From the NCBI GenBank assembly GCA_951406725.2, contig OX597816.1, forward strand, positions 91,574,001-91,638,000: 64,000 bases of DNA, in the 5' to 3' direction. The stretch comes from Octopus vulgaris (taxonomy: Eukaryota). Position numbers and translations under genes: made by a program. Under the pieces are notes generated by a model that was not told where the DNA came from, did no database searches, and worked only from the letters and a program-made list of their open reading frames with translations. This document shows, in pieces, positions 24,076 to 38,335 of this stretch; the stretch's first letter is position 1; the number at the start of each line of letters is the position of its first letter.

Positions 24076-24777
24076 GCCATGTATAAAGTACTCTTGATGG
24101 TGCCAGTAAACTGTGTATTGGTTGGTGTTAGGAAGAGCATCCAGCTGTAGAAACATCAAAAACAGATGGAGCCTGGTGCAGCTCTTCAGCTTGCTAGCTC
24201 CCCAAGTGTCCAACCTATGCCAGCATGAAATATGGATGCTAAATTACGATAATGATGACATGATCAAGTCACTTTGCAGACCAACACAACCATAGATCAT
24301 TATTGTTACATCAAGCATTTTCTCAATAAATGAATTATGCAATATATTCAAGTATTGAGAACAACCTGAGAGTTTCATATGTATAACATGGCATTCTGGT
24401 TTGGAAATTACAAAAAAAATACACTTAGAAAAGAATATTTGCAATCTTCTCATTTGAATATGATTTGAGATTAATATTTTAAATATCAAGCATAACCACT
24501 TAACATTTTTAATTTTAAACAAATGTTGTAGAATAAAAACTCGATCTTAGTCAAATGAGACTTCAATCTGGTTTTGATTCATAAATGAAACTGTATTACT
24601 AATATACTTGGGAGTGTCCTAACTTCCCATATCTTCTTTCTGAGAAAAAAAAATCTTAAAATTCCTGCTCATATAAGAAGCTAATAATCTAAGAACCTGA
24701 CATTAAGAACCATATTTAAAGAACTAAATTTAATACTCTGCAAAATAATTACATAATGAAACATTCAGGAGACTTAC

Positions 24778-24918
24778 ATCATTTGTGTCTTTAACTCGTA
24801 AAATTTGTTCCCGTAGATCTTGTAAATCATTGAATGTTGACTGAGCTGTGATAGAATACACAAGCAAAAATCCTTGCCCATTTTTCATATACAAGTCTCT
24901 CATAGCAGTGAATTGCTC
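24778..24918 (-). CDS. Rap1: Rap1 coding exon 4 ([47 protein letters not shown])
   Basis: 141 nt open frame nearly identical to known Rap1; TAG acceptor and GTAAGT donor. Confidence 0.97.
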
Positions 24919-27900
24919 CTAAAAATAAAGATAAACTTTATGAGAAATATACTGCAACAATCTAACAAACTATAAACATGAAGAAATAAAATGCAATAAA
25001 ACGTTTATTTTAAATCTGAAACACAAAACATAACTGAAAACCTATACTTACTATTTATTAATAGATTTTAGAAAATGATATACATACTTAATACATGCTG
25101 ATACAACAGTTTAATGTATGATAAAGCCATACCAATTAGTTTCTTAGTCTAGTTTTATCTCAAATATTTTGTCTGCCACTTCTATAGACATTACTGGTAA
25201 AATATGTGAGTAGTGTTGATTGTACTATTTTTGATATTGTAGATTATATTTTATTGGGTATTTCCACACAGATACCGACTGGTCTTCATGATTCTGTAGC
25301 AAAATGCTTTTAAACAGACGTAGCTGTGTTGTTCCTAATCACATGGTCTCAGGCTCAGTATCATTTTGTATTACTTTGAGCAAGCGTCATACCATAGCCT
25401 AGAGCCAATGAAAGCCTTATGAGGGAATCTATTAGATAGAAAGAAGCCTTTGGTATATACATTTGAAAGAGCCCACTGTGAGTGTATGTGAAATATATCT
25501 GTTGCGTGTGTGTATATTTACATCTGAGCTTTGATGAAAAGTCACTGATCAATAACTAGATCATTTCTCTTAAATCATCTGCTGGTATTGTACTTTCAAA
25601 AAATATGTGAAATACAAGAACTTTACTTGAAAATAGGGCAAGGGTGAGCAATAATTGAAAGCAACCCACTGGTCCATATATTTTATAATCACATTGCATA
25701 TTCTATGGAGTCACTTCTTTTTTTTTAGAATCAGATATAACACAACAGTTTTTAAAACTGCACTTAGCTTATTATCCAAGCTGTTTATATATGACATACG
25801 GCTCAACTAGTAGCTGCAGCAAAGCCAGTCAAGATAGACTCAGTCAATACATGATGGGCACACTCCTCAGGCTATATATATTGTTAGAAAACTAAGCACA
25901 GTTTTAAAAACTTGTGATTTTGAATTGTATGAGGTTTTCTTAATGTATAGTAAAAAATATAACAGTAGTACATTATTTAATTTCTTTTTAAGTATTATTG
26001 CATAACAAAGTAACAGATTCTTATAAGGATGGTCAAAACAATGCTACATACTCCACTTCTTTCAGAAATTAGAGAAATTATAACATCTCGCACATTTACA
26101 TTTTGCCTGCATTGCATCATGTTTTATCCATTAGTCATTTTTGATGTGACTATATATATACAGTTAAGAACATAGTCTGTAGTCAGGAAGCATAGTAACT
26201 AGAATAAGCACAGGTCGGATTAATTTCAGGGAGCTATTACCCGGTGGTAACAATGGGTATCTTTCTCAGAATGAAGCTTGATGCTGAGTAGTGTGAGATA
26301 TGAGTCTAAAAAGAAATGAAGTGAGCATGCTCCACTGGGTGAATAACAAGTGTGCCCAAATGACAGAACACAAATGAGTTCTGTGAAAAACTGAACATAA
26401 GAGGAATCAAATGTAAGCAAGAGAGAAGACTGTTGCTTTGGGCATGTGATGCATATGTGAGAAGGATAGTTGCATAAAGAATAGCTGTGTTTTCAAAGAA
26501 CTAGAAGAAGAAGGAAACTGAAGATGATTTAAGTCAAAGTGGAGAAGACAGATTTGAAGCTGTTACACCTCATGGAGGAGATGAGAAAGGACTGCATTGA
26601 TTAGTGACATGCTGTGAAGGAGAAAACTAGCCTGTCTGTCCAGGAATGGCTACACAGATGTAAAAATTTGTGATTGTGTATATAGACATGTGTCTAAGTA
26701 CATATATGTATGAACACATGTGTTTGAGTGCGCGTATATACATATTTGTGTGGATGTGTGAGTATAGGTATGTGTATTTGTATAAATGTCAAAACAACAT
26801 TTTGGTTACTTTATCATCCCAGTTATCTCACCATCTTGAAACATGCATAAGCATGTATCCCAGATACTCAACCTATATTATCCCTGGCCATTTGGAATCA
26901 ACAACTCTTACCATTTGTCTACCTCTTGCTATCTATTTCTTTTATCTCTTCCATTGATGCCACAAAAGCACAGAGTACATTTCATTAAGTTAGGAGGACC
27001 TTTTAGCTTTATTAAAGATATAAACTCCCTAGAGATGATGCCTTGGAAAAAATGAACCCAGTGCACTGTGTAGTGCGGGTGGCATTAGGAAAAGGAGCTA
27101 CTAATAGAAACCAAACCAAAAGTGATATTTATGATCCTCTGACCTATTGAAAAGAGTGGCAATGACCTGTCCATGGAAAGCGAATGTACAATGACGACAA
27201 CAGCAGAGGTTCCCAAACTGTTGTCGAACCCCAATATGAAAACGGAAAAAAAAAGTGCTCAACTCTTATTTGGTTTTTTAAAAAAAGCATCTGATGAACA
27301 TATTTTCAAATATATAAAAAAATCTGGCACCCATACTTTTACTTTACAAACAACTGTTGCCATACTAATTTTAATATGACATTATACAAAGCAAAACTTG
27401 TTTTAGAACTTATTCACAAAAAGCATTTTGTAAAATGGAAAATAAAAAGCTTTTTTTCTTTTTATTTAACTTCCTTGAAAGACACTAGCTCATGGAACAT
27501 AAGGATTTCTCAGAATTCATTTACATAAACACAGCTATAGAGTATAGTTATTTATAATTACTTAGCAACAACAGGACATTATTCTTGAGTGCAAAAGCAT
27601 TTTAAAATTGGGCACATTCTTTTTTATATATTTGAAAATGTGTTCATCAGATGCTTTTTTTGTTTATTTTGTTTCACTGTGAAATGCTAAATAATAATAT
27701 AGAAGCACTTAATGTTGGTATTTCTGAGTACACTTGAAAGTTAATACTGTGAAACTGTGAAAGAGTTTACCAGATTTAGTTTAATACAAAATGCTTTAAT
27801 ATCTGTTTAGATTACTCTCGTTAACTATAATTATGAATCCTGTCGCAAACATTCTTCTTATTAATGATTCATCTCAAACATTTTCCTATTTCTCTACAAA

Positions 27901-29824
27901 AGATTTGATGATAAGGCCCTCTCTATTAACACTTAAGCTCCTGAGTCTAACATTTAAGTTCTTTATTTGCTTCAGGTAGAAATATTTTCTGACTATGAAT
28001 AGGAAACTCAGTCTTTATAATACGGTATTCATAATATAAAAAAAAATGAATGATGATTAGCATCTCACAGTTTTGAAGTGATTTTTAAAGTGTGATGGTA
28101 TTAATTACATAATTATTCATGAATACTGATGACAGTGTTGTTTCTGGGTCAAGATTGTTGATTCTCATTGCAGACTGCTACTGAACAGCCAATTTATGAA
28201 AAGTGTGAATGCTTGGTAGAAGGTATCAATCAACCTGCATGTGAATGAAACCAGTGCAGTGGGGGGAAAGCAGATGATGCATTGTTGAGGTACTAGAAAA
28301 GATACTGCCTTGCAGACTTATTGAAACCATATCAGCAGAGAGGATGTGTAGGTGTGTAATCACAAATAACAATGCAGAGAAGAACAAATGTGATAGAAAT
28401 AACTATGTTCTGTGTTACAGACTAGTCAATAAAGAAAGGGAAGTTTGGAAAGAGTCCATCAGCACACACAACCATGATAACTTGTAATGGCTGGAGTTCG
28501 TAGGGCAGTGGTTCTACAAAATGATTTTATGTTGGTGAAATGATATAAGTAGTAAGTGTTGAAGATGTACAGTATCAGCTCAATAGTCCACTACTTTAAC
28601 CATTTAAGTATTTATGTTAATTTCTGTTACTATTTCAACAGATACCTATGGAATGTATAACATAGTAAAGCAAATATAAATAAAACATATTTATATAAAT
28701 ATAAAGTGTATGCATGCGTTACCTACAGTGAATATATTTATAAAAATTAGCATTCAGATTTTTTCAAAGTTTCTAAAATACATACACTAATATATAAATT
28801 CAACAAAATATTACAGCCTCTAACACAGAAATGTGCTATTGATCAAGTCATACATATAACAAATATTATCTAGTAATATTCAAGTGACTATGAATTGTCA
28901 ATAATTTCACTCAATTTTAGACTAAAATCTTATGATTCTGGTTTATTTACCAAGATTCTAACTGAAAATCAAAATAGAAAGAACAACATTCTAAGGAAAC
29001 ACAGACTAAAGGGATATCAGATAAATCTGTATTATATACATGCAAGCATGTATGTTTATATATTATGTTCAGTGTAAATTTTCTTTCAATTAGATGTGCA
29101 GCAAAATCCTTTTTTCACTTTATTTCATTTAAGATATTCTATTTGATAGTATTTTATAGTTCAGTCTTCTGTGAGAAAACTACTGCTGTTTGCCTGATTA
29201 TTCATTCCCATGTAAGGAATTTTATAGCCAGTAGAAAGGAAAATAGTTTAAGACAGCACTTTAGGAGCTATTCTTAAAACCTATCACCATAATCTGCCTA
29301 GGCCTCTCATATTTAAAATGGAGTAGTTCTAAAATTAGTTAACTGATACTAAACAGCTTTCAGAAAGGTTAGTTTAACCTAATAAACATGTACCATATCT
29401 AGAGAAAAAGCAGGCTGTGTGTGTGTACAAATATATATATAAATAATGGTGTGAATCATGGGTAGTGAATGCAGATTATCTCCAGCAAATGAGAATTTAG
29501 CCTAATATGCTGAATATAAATTATTAACTTATGAAAACAACTGAGTACAAGCACATGAAGTTACTGGGCATCAAAAATATTGGCTAATGTAACTTGGTAA
29601 CTTTTGAAGAGACTAGATGATACTTGTAGGATACAAAATTATACGGTTTTCATAAGAGGAACAAAAGATACAGGTAATCTATAGTAGGCAATGATGCATT
29701 GTTAACATGGAAGAAAAATATTACGTTGCAGACTCAACAAATCCATGTCAACAAAGATGCTACAGTGAATGAAATGTATAAACTTACACAAACACACACT
29801 CAAAATTACTCAATGTGTACTTAC

Positions 29825-29881
29825 TGTTCCAGCAGTATCAAGGATTTCCAACATACACTGCTGCCCATCAACTTCAACTTG
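29825..29881 (-). CDS. Rap1: Rap1 coding exon 3 (QVEVDGQQCMLEILDTAGT)
   Basis: G3 box DTAG followed by the Rap-specific Thr61 (Gln61 in Ras); 57 nt; CAG acceptor and GTAAGT donor. Confidence 0.97.
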
Positions 29882-30788
29882 CTGAAAAATATAAAACAAA
29901 ACCCAGGTCAATAAAATCCTTTTTAAGAAAAAATATCAAAATAGACAAAGCTTTTCACTTTCAAACTCAAAATGAATTGAAATTGTACAGGTATTTTTCG
30001 TTATAGCCTTTAAATTACAATAATTTAAAACAAAATACTCAAAAATATAATCACTTTTTAATAAATTGAAATATATCAAGTTATTTTAAATAAAATTTTG
30101 TTTCTTGACTAGGCTACAGAATACACCACCAAATTTCCAGCACAGATGATTCAGCATCTCTTAATCCAGATGTTACAAAGAGACTTGAATTCCCCATGAC
30201 CCGCTAGACTAGATCAATAAGTGATAATATGAAACAAATTGGAAACAATCTCCCCACCTCTCATTTATAATATGAAGGCAGGCACAAAACCTGAAGATCA
30301 CCCTCTTAAAATGTAACTGTAAAGAGCATGCTAACAAATAACTTGCTTTCCCAATAGAGACTACAGTGTCCTAGCATGAAAGAAAAGTAAATATATGCAC
30401 TTTATAGTTACATTTCAAGACAAAGAGCCCGAGAGAGAAGGGTAGTGTGTGGTATTAGATTTAGTTTTAAATATTTACATCTGCACACTGTAGTTGAGAA
30501 ATAGGAGGGAGGAGAAATGTTTCCACCTTCATAACGTTTTTATGAACAAACAAAAAATGTATTGCAAAAAAGAATAACAAGGGTAGAGTCATTATTCTAC
30601 CACTGCTAATCCAGCAAACTGGATAATTCAGCATGGGATTAGAACCATGGATGCCAGAAGACAGCTAGTGTATGAAATAAGCATTATCTTAATTAATCTT
30701 TTTGTTGATTTTTTTTATTAATAAATAGATTCCTTTTACCATATTTCTAGTAAAATCTATAATTATTGATTCCAAAATTACACTGCTA

Positions 30789-30887
<99 letters not shown>

Positions 30888-31344
30888 CTAGTGTAGGAAA
30901 CAAAAAATAATATTTATTAAAATTAGGATAATTAAATTCCTTTTAAGAGGCATGAATTACAATTTTAATTTCTGATATTTGCACACAATCACAAATTTGT
31001 AGCAAACTGACTGACCCTGGTAAATAAGTGGTGCTTTTCAGTCCTGAAGTGAAAGACAAAATTCATCCCTGACAAAATTTGAACTCATAACAAAAAACAA
31101 AACATTGTAAGGCATTTTGTCTTATAACTTTAGTATGTGTTACACAGTTGTCCAGAAAATTAATCAAAAGAGCAAAAAAGAAAAAAGGAAAAATTTTTTT
31201 TTTTTAAATCAACATTTTAAACCAATTTTATACATCTATAATTGAACAATACAACATTGAAGACCAACTATTTAAAACAAAAAGCTGCAAGTTCATATTA
31301 CAATAATATATTTTCTGACCAAGTATCAAAACAAACTCAAATTT

Positions 31345-32894
31345 AACCCATGTAATTTGTGCACCTGTGTAATTTATGCAGGTGGCTTTCAGGATAAAAA
31401 CTGTTTAAAAAACCTTCTACTCATGTAAAATTCGCACCCAAAAGTTTTCAGAATTGCCGATATGGCTAGGGGAAAAAGGCTTTCAATTTAGTTGTATTTA
31501 GCATAATTTCACTTATGATTAGATTTTATTAAATTTTCATTAAATAAAATATTTTCTGCTTAACAGGTATCACATTGAAAGCTAATAAATTAGGAAGTGT
31601 TTGTGTTATTATAAACTTTACTTTACATTTCTTGCCCACAAGAGATTATGTCTGATCTTTAGCATACTTCTATATGTCTTCTCAAATCACGATCACAAGA
31701 AAAGTTGTTGATAATTCTTAACAAAAACAAAGCTGATAAATATGCACAAATGTTGCAAAATAAGTTTAATTACCAATAAACATCAGCTTGGATGACACTT
31801 TACTCAACTGACAGAGGAAGGTGACTGATCAAACTGATTATGTAAACAGAATTCTGATTGGTCAAAAGTATCTTCTTGTCTCAAGCTCTGATTTTCTACC
31901 TATTCTTGTTGGAACCTTTGATATGGATTATCAAAATTTTAATCCCTTTCACACTTATAAAATGTCAAGTAAGCTTAAATTTATCATTGCCGTTTTAGTT
32001 GAGAGACCAAACTGATAGTTTGGTAACTTGCTAAAGAAAACATCAAAAATCGAAAGGTGAAAATAAACAGCTTTGCAAGTTTAACTCAGTGTTTATTAAA
32101 CAAGAGAGGTGCAAAATTTAAGAAGCGACTTGTTAGCATATACACATCTGTGAGGAGACATAAATAAAAATAGCAAAAATCTACTATACCAAAAGAAATG
32201 GTAATACATACATTATAAGTGTTCTATGAAAAGAACATAAAATTGCTGCATAATTCAACATGAATGTGAAACTTAATTAAACATATGGTAAATGAAGGTT
32301 TCTGTAGGAATGCTAAGTTATATTCACTTAGTGAGTTTATATGCGCTAGGATGAATTATGTTGTCGGTGTTAGATGCAGTAAAAGCTGGTAGTGGCAATG
32401 TCAGTGGTGATGAATTTCATTATCCTAACATGGAGAAAGCAAGCAGTAGCTTTCTGAAGGCAAACGCAAGCTAGACTTCTTAAGCGGAGAAAAACTTATC
32501 TATTTAAGGAAATTGCTGGGCTCCATTGCAATAGGTAGAAACTCCAAGCAATGTAAAATATGGCCCAGACCGTGATTACCAGCATGAATGTCAAACTTCA
32601 AAAGGTATTTAACCATTTAATGGTTTTAATAAATTTATACAAAAAAAGTAAGCATTATACTGTCCAGCATAAATAAAAGTCAACTTCATTATATTTTTTT
32701 CTGTAAAAACCTATTCTGACATTAAATAAGTCAACTTTCAGTATGAAAGTTGACATGCATTCGTACGTCATTTTTCAACAAAAAAAATTCTAAAAAAATT
32801 CTGGAAACAATCTACTCATGTAATTTACACATCACCTAAAGTTTATTTTTGTTTTTGCGAAAAAAAAGTGTGTAAATTACATGGGTTTCTATGG
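31345..32894. mobile_element. Decayed Tc2/pogo-like DNA transposon
   Basis: Inverted ends AACCCATGTAATTT / AAATTACATGGGTTTCTATGG-TA; subterminal motif TCTACTCATGTAA repeated near both ends; no intact ORF. Confidence 0.6.
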
Positions 32895-33030
32895 TAGTTA
32901 AACATTAAAAAAAAAGGGTAAACTTCATTAATCCTTTTAATACCAAACAATTTGAGACCACCTGGTACTTAAGCATTCATATTTAAATTGAAATCTCAAG
33001 ACAGTAATATGACATTTTAGTTGGTTAATA

Positions 33031-34670
33031 CAGTACCGTGCAAAAGCCTTTGGCCATTTTAAACTATTGTAAATTTCTACTAATTGCCAAGTGGATGTTT
33101 AGCATTGCACTTTTTACAGATGAAACATTAGCCCTGTTGGAGTCATTTTCATACTTAATCATATTTTGTAGTAGGGGTTCTGAATGAGGGGAAGATGTGA
33201 GATAACCACCAAAAATGGCTGTGCAAAATGTTTTCAGCCATCCCACATAAACAAATCAAGATAAAGTGTTTTAAAACAGATAAATGTTTATAATGAAAAT
33301 TTATAACATGTTCATTTCAAGAAGTTACTGTATATTGTTAATATTTTGTGTAGCTCCCCTTAACTTGAATAATAGCTTCAGTGCACCTGGGAAGAGATGT
33401 GTACAAATCCTTCACCATCTTCACAAGTATGAGATGCCATTCTCTGTGGTTGACCTCTCACAACTCTTCCACATTGCATGGATTCTTCTGACAAACACTT
33501 CTCTTTAGTTCTGTCCACATTTGCTTGATATTTAAGTCAGGGTTCTGAGCTGGCCAATCTTTCAATATGATAACACCTTCATCAGCCAGACTGTTGTGGT
33601 GCATGCAATCTGTGACATGGAGTTCCATTATACTGAAAAATCTCACCTTCATCCAAGTCTGATAGCAAATTGTCCTTCAGCAACTTGATGTAATTGGCAC
33701 TATTCAAGTTACTGTCAATTTTAACCGACTTTCTTGAACAATCACTTTTTATGTATCCCCAAAGCATCAGACTCTTGCTCTCAAAACTTCACTGTTTTCA
33801 TTGTGTTAACATAGGTTGTCTTGCTTTCCAATAAATGAGAATTTTCCAGAAGGCCTTCAGGAAAGCAAAATGACCCACATTACATGAAGAAAACAGTGAA
33901 GTTTGGGGGTAAGAGTCTGATGCATTGGGGATACATAAAAAGTGATTGTTCAAGAAAGTCGGTTAAAATTGACAGTAACTTGAATAGTGCCAAATACATC
34001 AAGTTGCTGAAGGACAATTTGCTATCAGACTTGGATGAAGGTGAGATTTTTCAGCATAATGGAGCTCCATGCCACAGATCACATGCAAAACAATAGAGTC
34101 TGGGTGTTGAAGGTATTACTGTATTGAAAGATTGGCCAGCTCAGAGTTCTGACTTAGATGTCATTGAGCAAATGTGGAGAGAACTAAAGAGAAGAGTTTT
34201 TCAGAAGAATTCACACCATGTTGAAGAGTTGTGGGGGTCAGCCACAGAGAATGGAATCTCATACCTGTGAAAATGGTGAGGGATTTGTATGCATCTCTCC
34301 CCAGGTGCACTGAAGCAATTATGCAAGCTAAGGGAAACCACATGAAATATTAACAATGTACAGTAACTTCATGGAATGAACATTAGGTAATAAATTTTCA
34401 TTATAGACATTTTTCTGTTTTAAAACACTGTATCTTGATTGGTTTATGTGCAGTGGCTGAAAACTTTTGCATGGCCATTTTTGGCAGTTGTCTCGCATCT
34501 TCCCTTCTCATTCAAAATCCATACTACAAAATATGATTAGGTATGGAAACAACTGTAACAGTGCCAATGTTTCATCTGCAAAAAAACAATGCAAAACATC
34601 CACTTATAGGTTGGCAATTAGTAGAAACTTACAATAGTTTAACATGGCCGTAGACTTTCGCACAGTACTG
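33031..34670. mobile_element. Foldback (palindromic) non-autonomous Tc1-like element made of two inverted transposase 3' halves
   Basis: TA-CAGTAC..GTACTG-TA termini. ORFs 33582-33767(-) and 33884-34096(+) are near-identical (WGYIKSDCSRKSVKIDSNLNSA..FQHNGAPCH); WPAQ.PDL motif in both arms. Confidence 0.93.
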
Positions 34671-35451
34671 TATATATTAAGTTATAAATATTTTACTAAA
34701 TCCTCTCAAAAATTTTGATTATATTGAAAAATCAACTGAAACAAATACTACTCATTAGAAATACATTCACAAATGGTTAATTCAGATTATAAGTTTTAAA
34801 TATTCAAAATTGAATGCCAATATATAATCACCACAACTTATTGTAAAATAAAACCTGTTTGAGATGCAGTATTATATTTATTATATAGTTGGAGTTTCTT
34901 CAATTTTCAGAAACAATGACAAAGAATTTCAGCAGAGAATTGTAAATCTTAATCATTTTCACATTCCCTTTTCGATGTTTACATGGGTCAGACAAAATCC
35001 ATTGAGGAAGATTTTCTATAGTTGGATGCCCTCCCTGTCATTACCCCTTACCTGTTTCCAAGCAAGGTGATATTACCTCATGGCCAGATGTTTTCATAAC
35101 ATGTTGGAAAAGAATGACAACATTTGTATGATAGCAACTCATTCACAACTATTGTGTAATGTCAAAACATGGAGACAAATACACACACAGACACATAAAG
35201 ACGGAAAAAAAATATCAACAGAATATTAGAATACTCTTAAGAATTCATTTTCTTTAGGAACAGATAATGCTTCCATTTTAAAGTAATTTTTAGAAATAAA
35301 AATTTTCTAGTAAGACTCCTGGAAATTCCATGTTTTACATTTTCTTTTTTTAATTTTGACGCATAAATTATAAAGTTTTCATAAAACTGTTTCATTATAT
35401 TAAAGATTTCAATTATGTCTTTGATTCTGTTCCACAGTCAACTCCGTTTAA

Positions 35452-35668
35452 CCTTTCAGCATTTAAACTAGCCATATCTAGTCCAAATATTCTACCTGTT
35501 TTATGTTCTAACCGGCCATCTCTGGCCTCTCACAGCTACCCTACAATATCAGTCTAAAGATAAATGCATCATCAAAATCTCAGAAGTTCAAGGTAATGCA
35601 TGATTAATTCAAAGTAATGTGCATAAATAAACATAACATTTGACAGTGCAATCTCAATATTTAAATGT
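35452..35668. mobile_element. ~215-bp TTAA-flanked (piggyBac-type) MITE, older copy
   Basis: TTAA-CCTTTCAGCA start; colinear with 61599-61813. Confidence 0.7.
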
Positions 35669-37486
35669 TTAAGTGCAATATTTCAACACATGAACAGTAT
35701 GAGAAGCAGAATATTATAGACATGGATCTATTTTTATTCCATAGCTATCACTGAGGAAGAAAAGATTAAAGTAAAATAAAGCATAATTAGTGAGACATGA
35801 AACAAGGGAAAGATATCAGGCTTTGTAAATATTTCTTTCACAAATTCCATGAATTTTAGAAGTTACAATGCAACTCCATGAGTATTGGGTCAAAGTATCA
35901 GTCACTTTGACAGGTTTATGGTCAAGTCTGTGGCAGTGGGAACTTCCAGCAGATGGTCTGAATTACAGAAAATTGAGAGAATGTAAGAACTTCATAGCCT
36001 ACTACATGAAAAATAAACCTCAAACGCACAAAATATTATTTTAATTATAATGCTGTCTCAGCTAAATATATTTCACATTGGTGCTACTCTAAGCAATGCT
36101 GGAGGGAACTGCGGCTATCTCTAGTGGATGAGTATCCACCACCAAAGATGACCACAAAGAGGTCAAAACCATATGGTCTGATGGTCTTGTGGATGGAAGA
36201 TGGTAGGGGTTTGCTCCCCTGCTTGCAATATAAATTGGGTGCAGATTGCATTGAATAACCAGCTGGAGGAGGCATCCTCCTGGGGTCGAAAAAAACAGCA
36301 GTAATGTCAGTTCTTATGGAACTGACATGTTTAAGTGGCAATAAACATTACTTCTCAGTATAGTTACTGCTTTCATCTCTTATAAAGATTTTCTAACTAG
36401 CGAATTTCAAAGTACTTATCCAGTATTTTTAAGAAATGTGATGTTCAGTAATGCAATATAGACTTACACATCATTCATAGTATCATCATCATTTTAATAG
36501 CCACTTTTCTATGCTTGCATCAGCCAGAGTTTATTGAGGCAGATTTTCTAGGGCTGGATATCCTTCATATCAATGCTCACCTGTTTCCAAGTGAATATTT
36601 CCCCATGGCTACATACAGCCTCACAGAATACTGAAAATGAATTACACTGCTTGTATGACATTAACAATCATTTTCAACTATCACAGGATATCAAGACAAA
36701 GAGATACAAGCTCACAAAGAGTTACACATGTGTGTGTGTGCATGCACACACACGTACAGCTTAGTGCACTCTTCTGATATGCCAGCTCCTATCAAACTTC
36801 AATCCAAGCCAGCATGGAAAACATGTTAAATGATGATATATATATATATATATATATACATATGGGCTTCTTTCAGTTTCTGCCAACCAAATCCGCTCAC
36901 AAAGTTTTGGTCATCCTGAGGTTATAGCAGAAAACACTTGCCCACAGTGGCATGCACTAAGTATGAACCTGGAATCACATTGAGAAGCAAACCTCGTAGC
37001 ACACACCCTCATCTGTGCCTCGTGACAGGAAAAATGAAATATAAAACTGTCACTACTAGCAGTTTGTACTATATGTTTCTAAGCAGACTGGAAGCTGAAC
37101 AAATTTACCTGTTTTTTTTTTTGGTTTGTTTTTCTACAATTATAATGGGAAATGAATAAGTAGCAAGATGCTGTGTTGGAGAAAACCAATCCACAAATGC
37201 AATCATGGAAAAGCAGATGTAAAATGATGTAACACAATATGTAATTATCTTTTATCATATCCTTTACTAGTTTTAGTCATTGGACTGCAGCCATACTGGG
37301 GCACTGCCTTGAAGGGTTTTATTCTATGTGTCTCTTTTGCGAAACCTAAGTTACAAGAGCAAATAAACCAATTAGTTGTCAAGCAGTTGAGGGACAGACA
37401 CAAACACACATATGGTACCATCCCTTAATGAGGTTAATTAAACCTCTAATTGAATAAATATATATACATACACACACACACACACA

Positions 37487-38271
37487 CAGTGTGGTGAATA
37501 AAGTATCGTCTAAATTACGCAAAAATGAAAATAACACATGAAAATAACATTATTTACCAAAATTACATAAAAATACCTTAAAGTACTAAAGAGGAAATTT
37601 ATTCAATAAAATCACCACTGGCTTCAACCTCCAGACAACTTTGGAATCTCCTGCAACTCTTCTGGACGGTCTCTTCTTTCAGTTGGTGAATACTGCGATA
37701 ATCCTTGCCTTCAGTCCCTCTTTGGTGTTACATGGAGTTTTGTTGGTCTCTTACTCAACTGTGCCCCACACATAATAACCAAGGGGGTTGCAATCTGAGG
37801 AGTTAGATGGCCAGATGTTAGGAGTGATGTGGTCACAGAAATTGTCTGACAGACATGACTGGGTTCTCCTGTTTGTGTGGCATGGTGCAGAGCCCTGTTG
37901 CCAGACATAGGGTTTTCTAGTAGCCACTCTCTTGACTAAGAGCTGCACTACCTCCTCCACACACTTGATGTAGGCCTCAGTGTTGAGTCTGAGGCTGTGT
38001 GGGAAGATGATAGGAGGCATAACGTTGTCATCACTGGTGATCACTCCAAACACTACAATGTTGACTGGATGTTTGATTTTTATCACTCTCAGTACATGTC
38101 CTCAGACTGACACCTACACATTCTGAAATGTTTGTATAGGAGCTTCCAGCACAAATACATAGCAGTACAGCATGTTATTTCCAAATTTCTGGCAGAATCA
38201 ATTGCATCATGGTGGTGTTATTCTCAAAGACAGTGCCCAACTGACTATTATACTGTGTATTTACCCATCGC

Positions 38272-38276
<5 letters not shown>
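37487..38276 (-). mobile_element. Internally deleted maT (DD37D) transposon
   Basis: ORF 37751-38086: VWQQ(G)SAPCH..WPSNSSDCNPL(G)YYVWG, with 37 residues between the two mutated catalytic positions; degenerate TIRs set in CA/TA microsatellites. Confidence 0.85.

Positions 38277-38335
<59 letters not shown>

Noticed and set aside
23592-24213. Three overlapping repetitive ORFs / CRISPR-like appearance
   Set aside because: Head-to-tail 26-bp minisatellite with no unique spacers and no cas genes, in a eukaryotic context.
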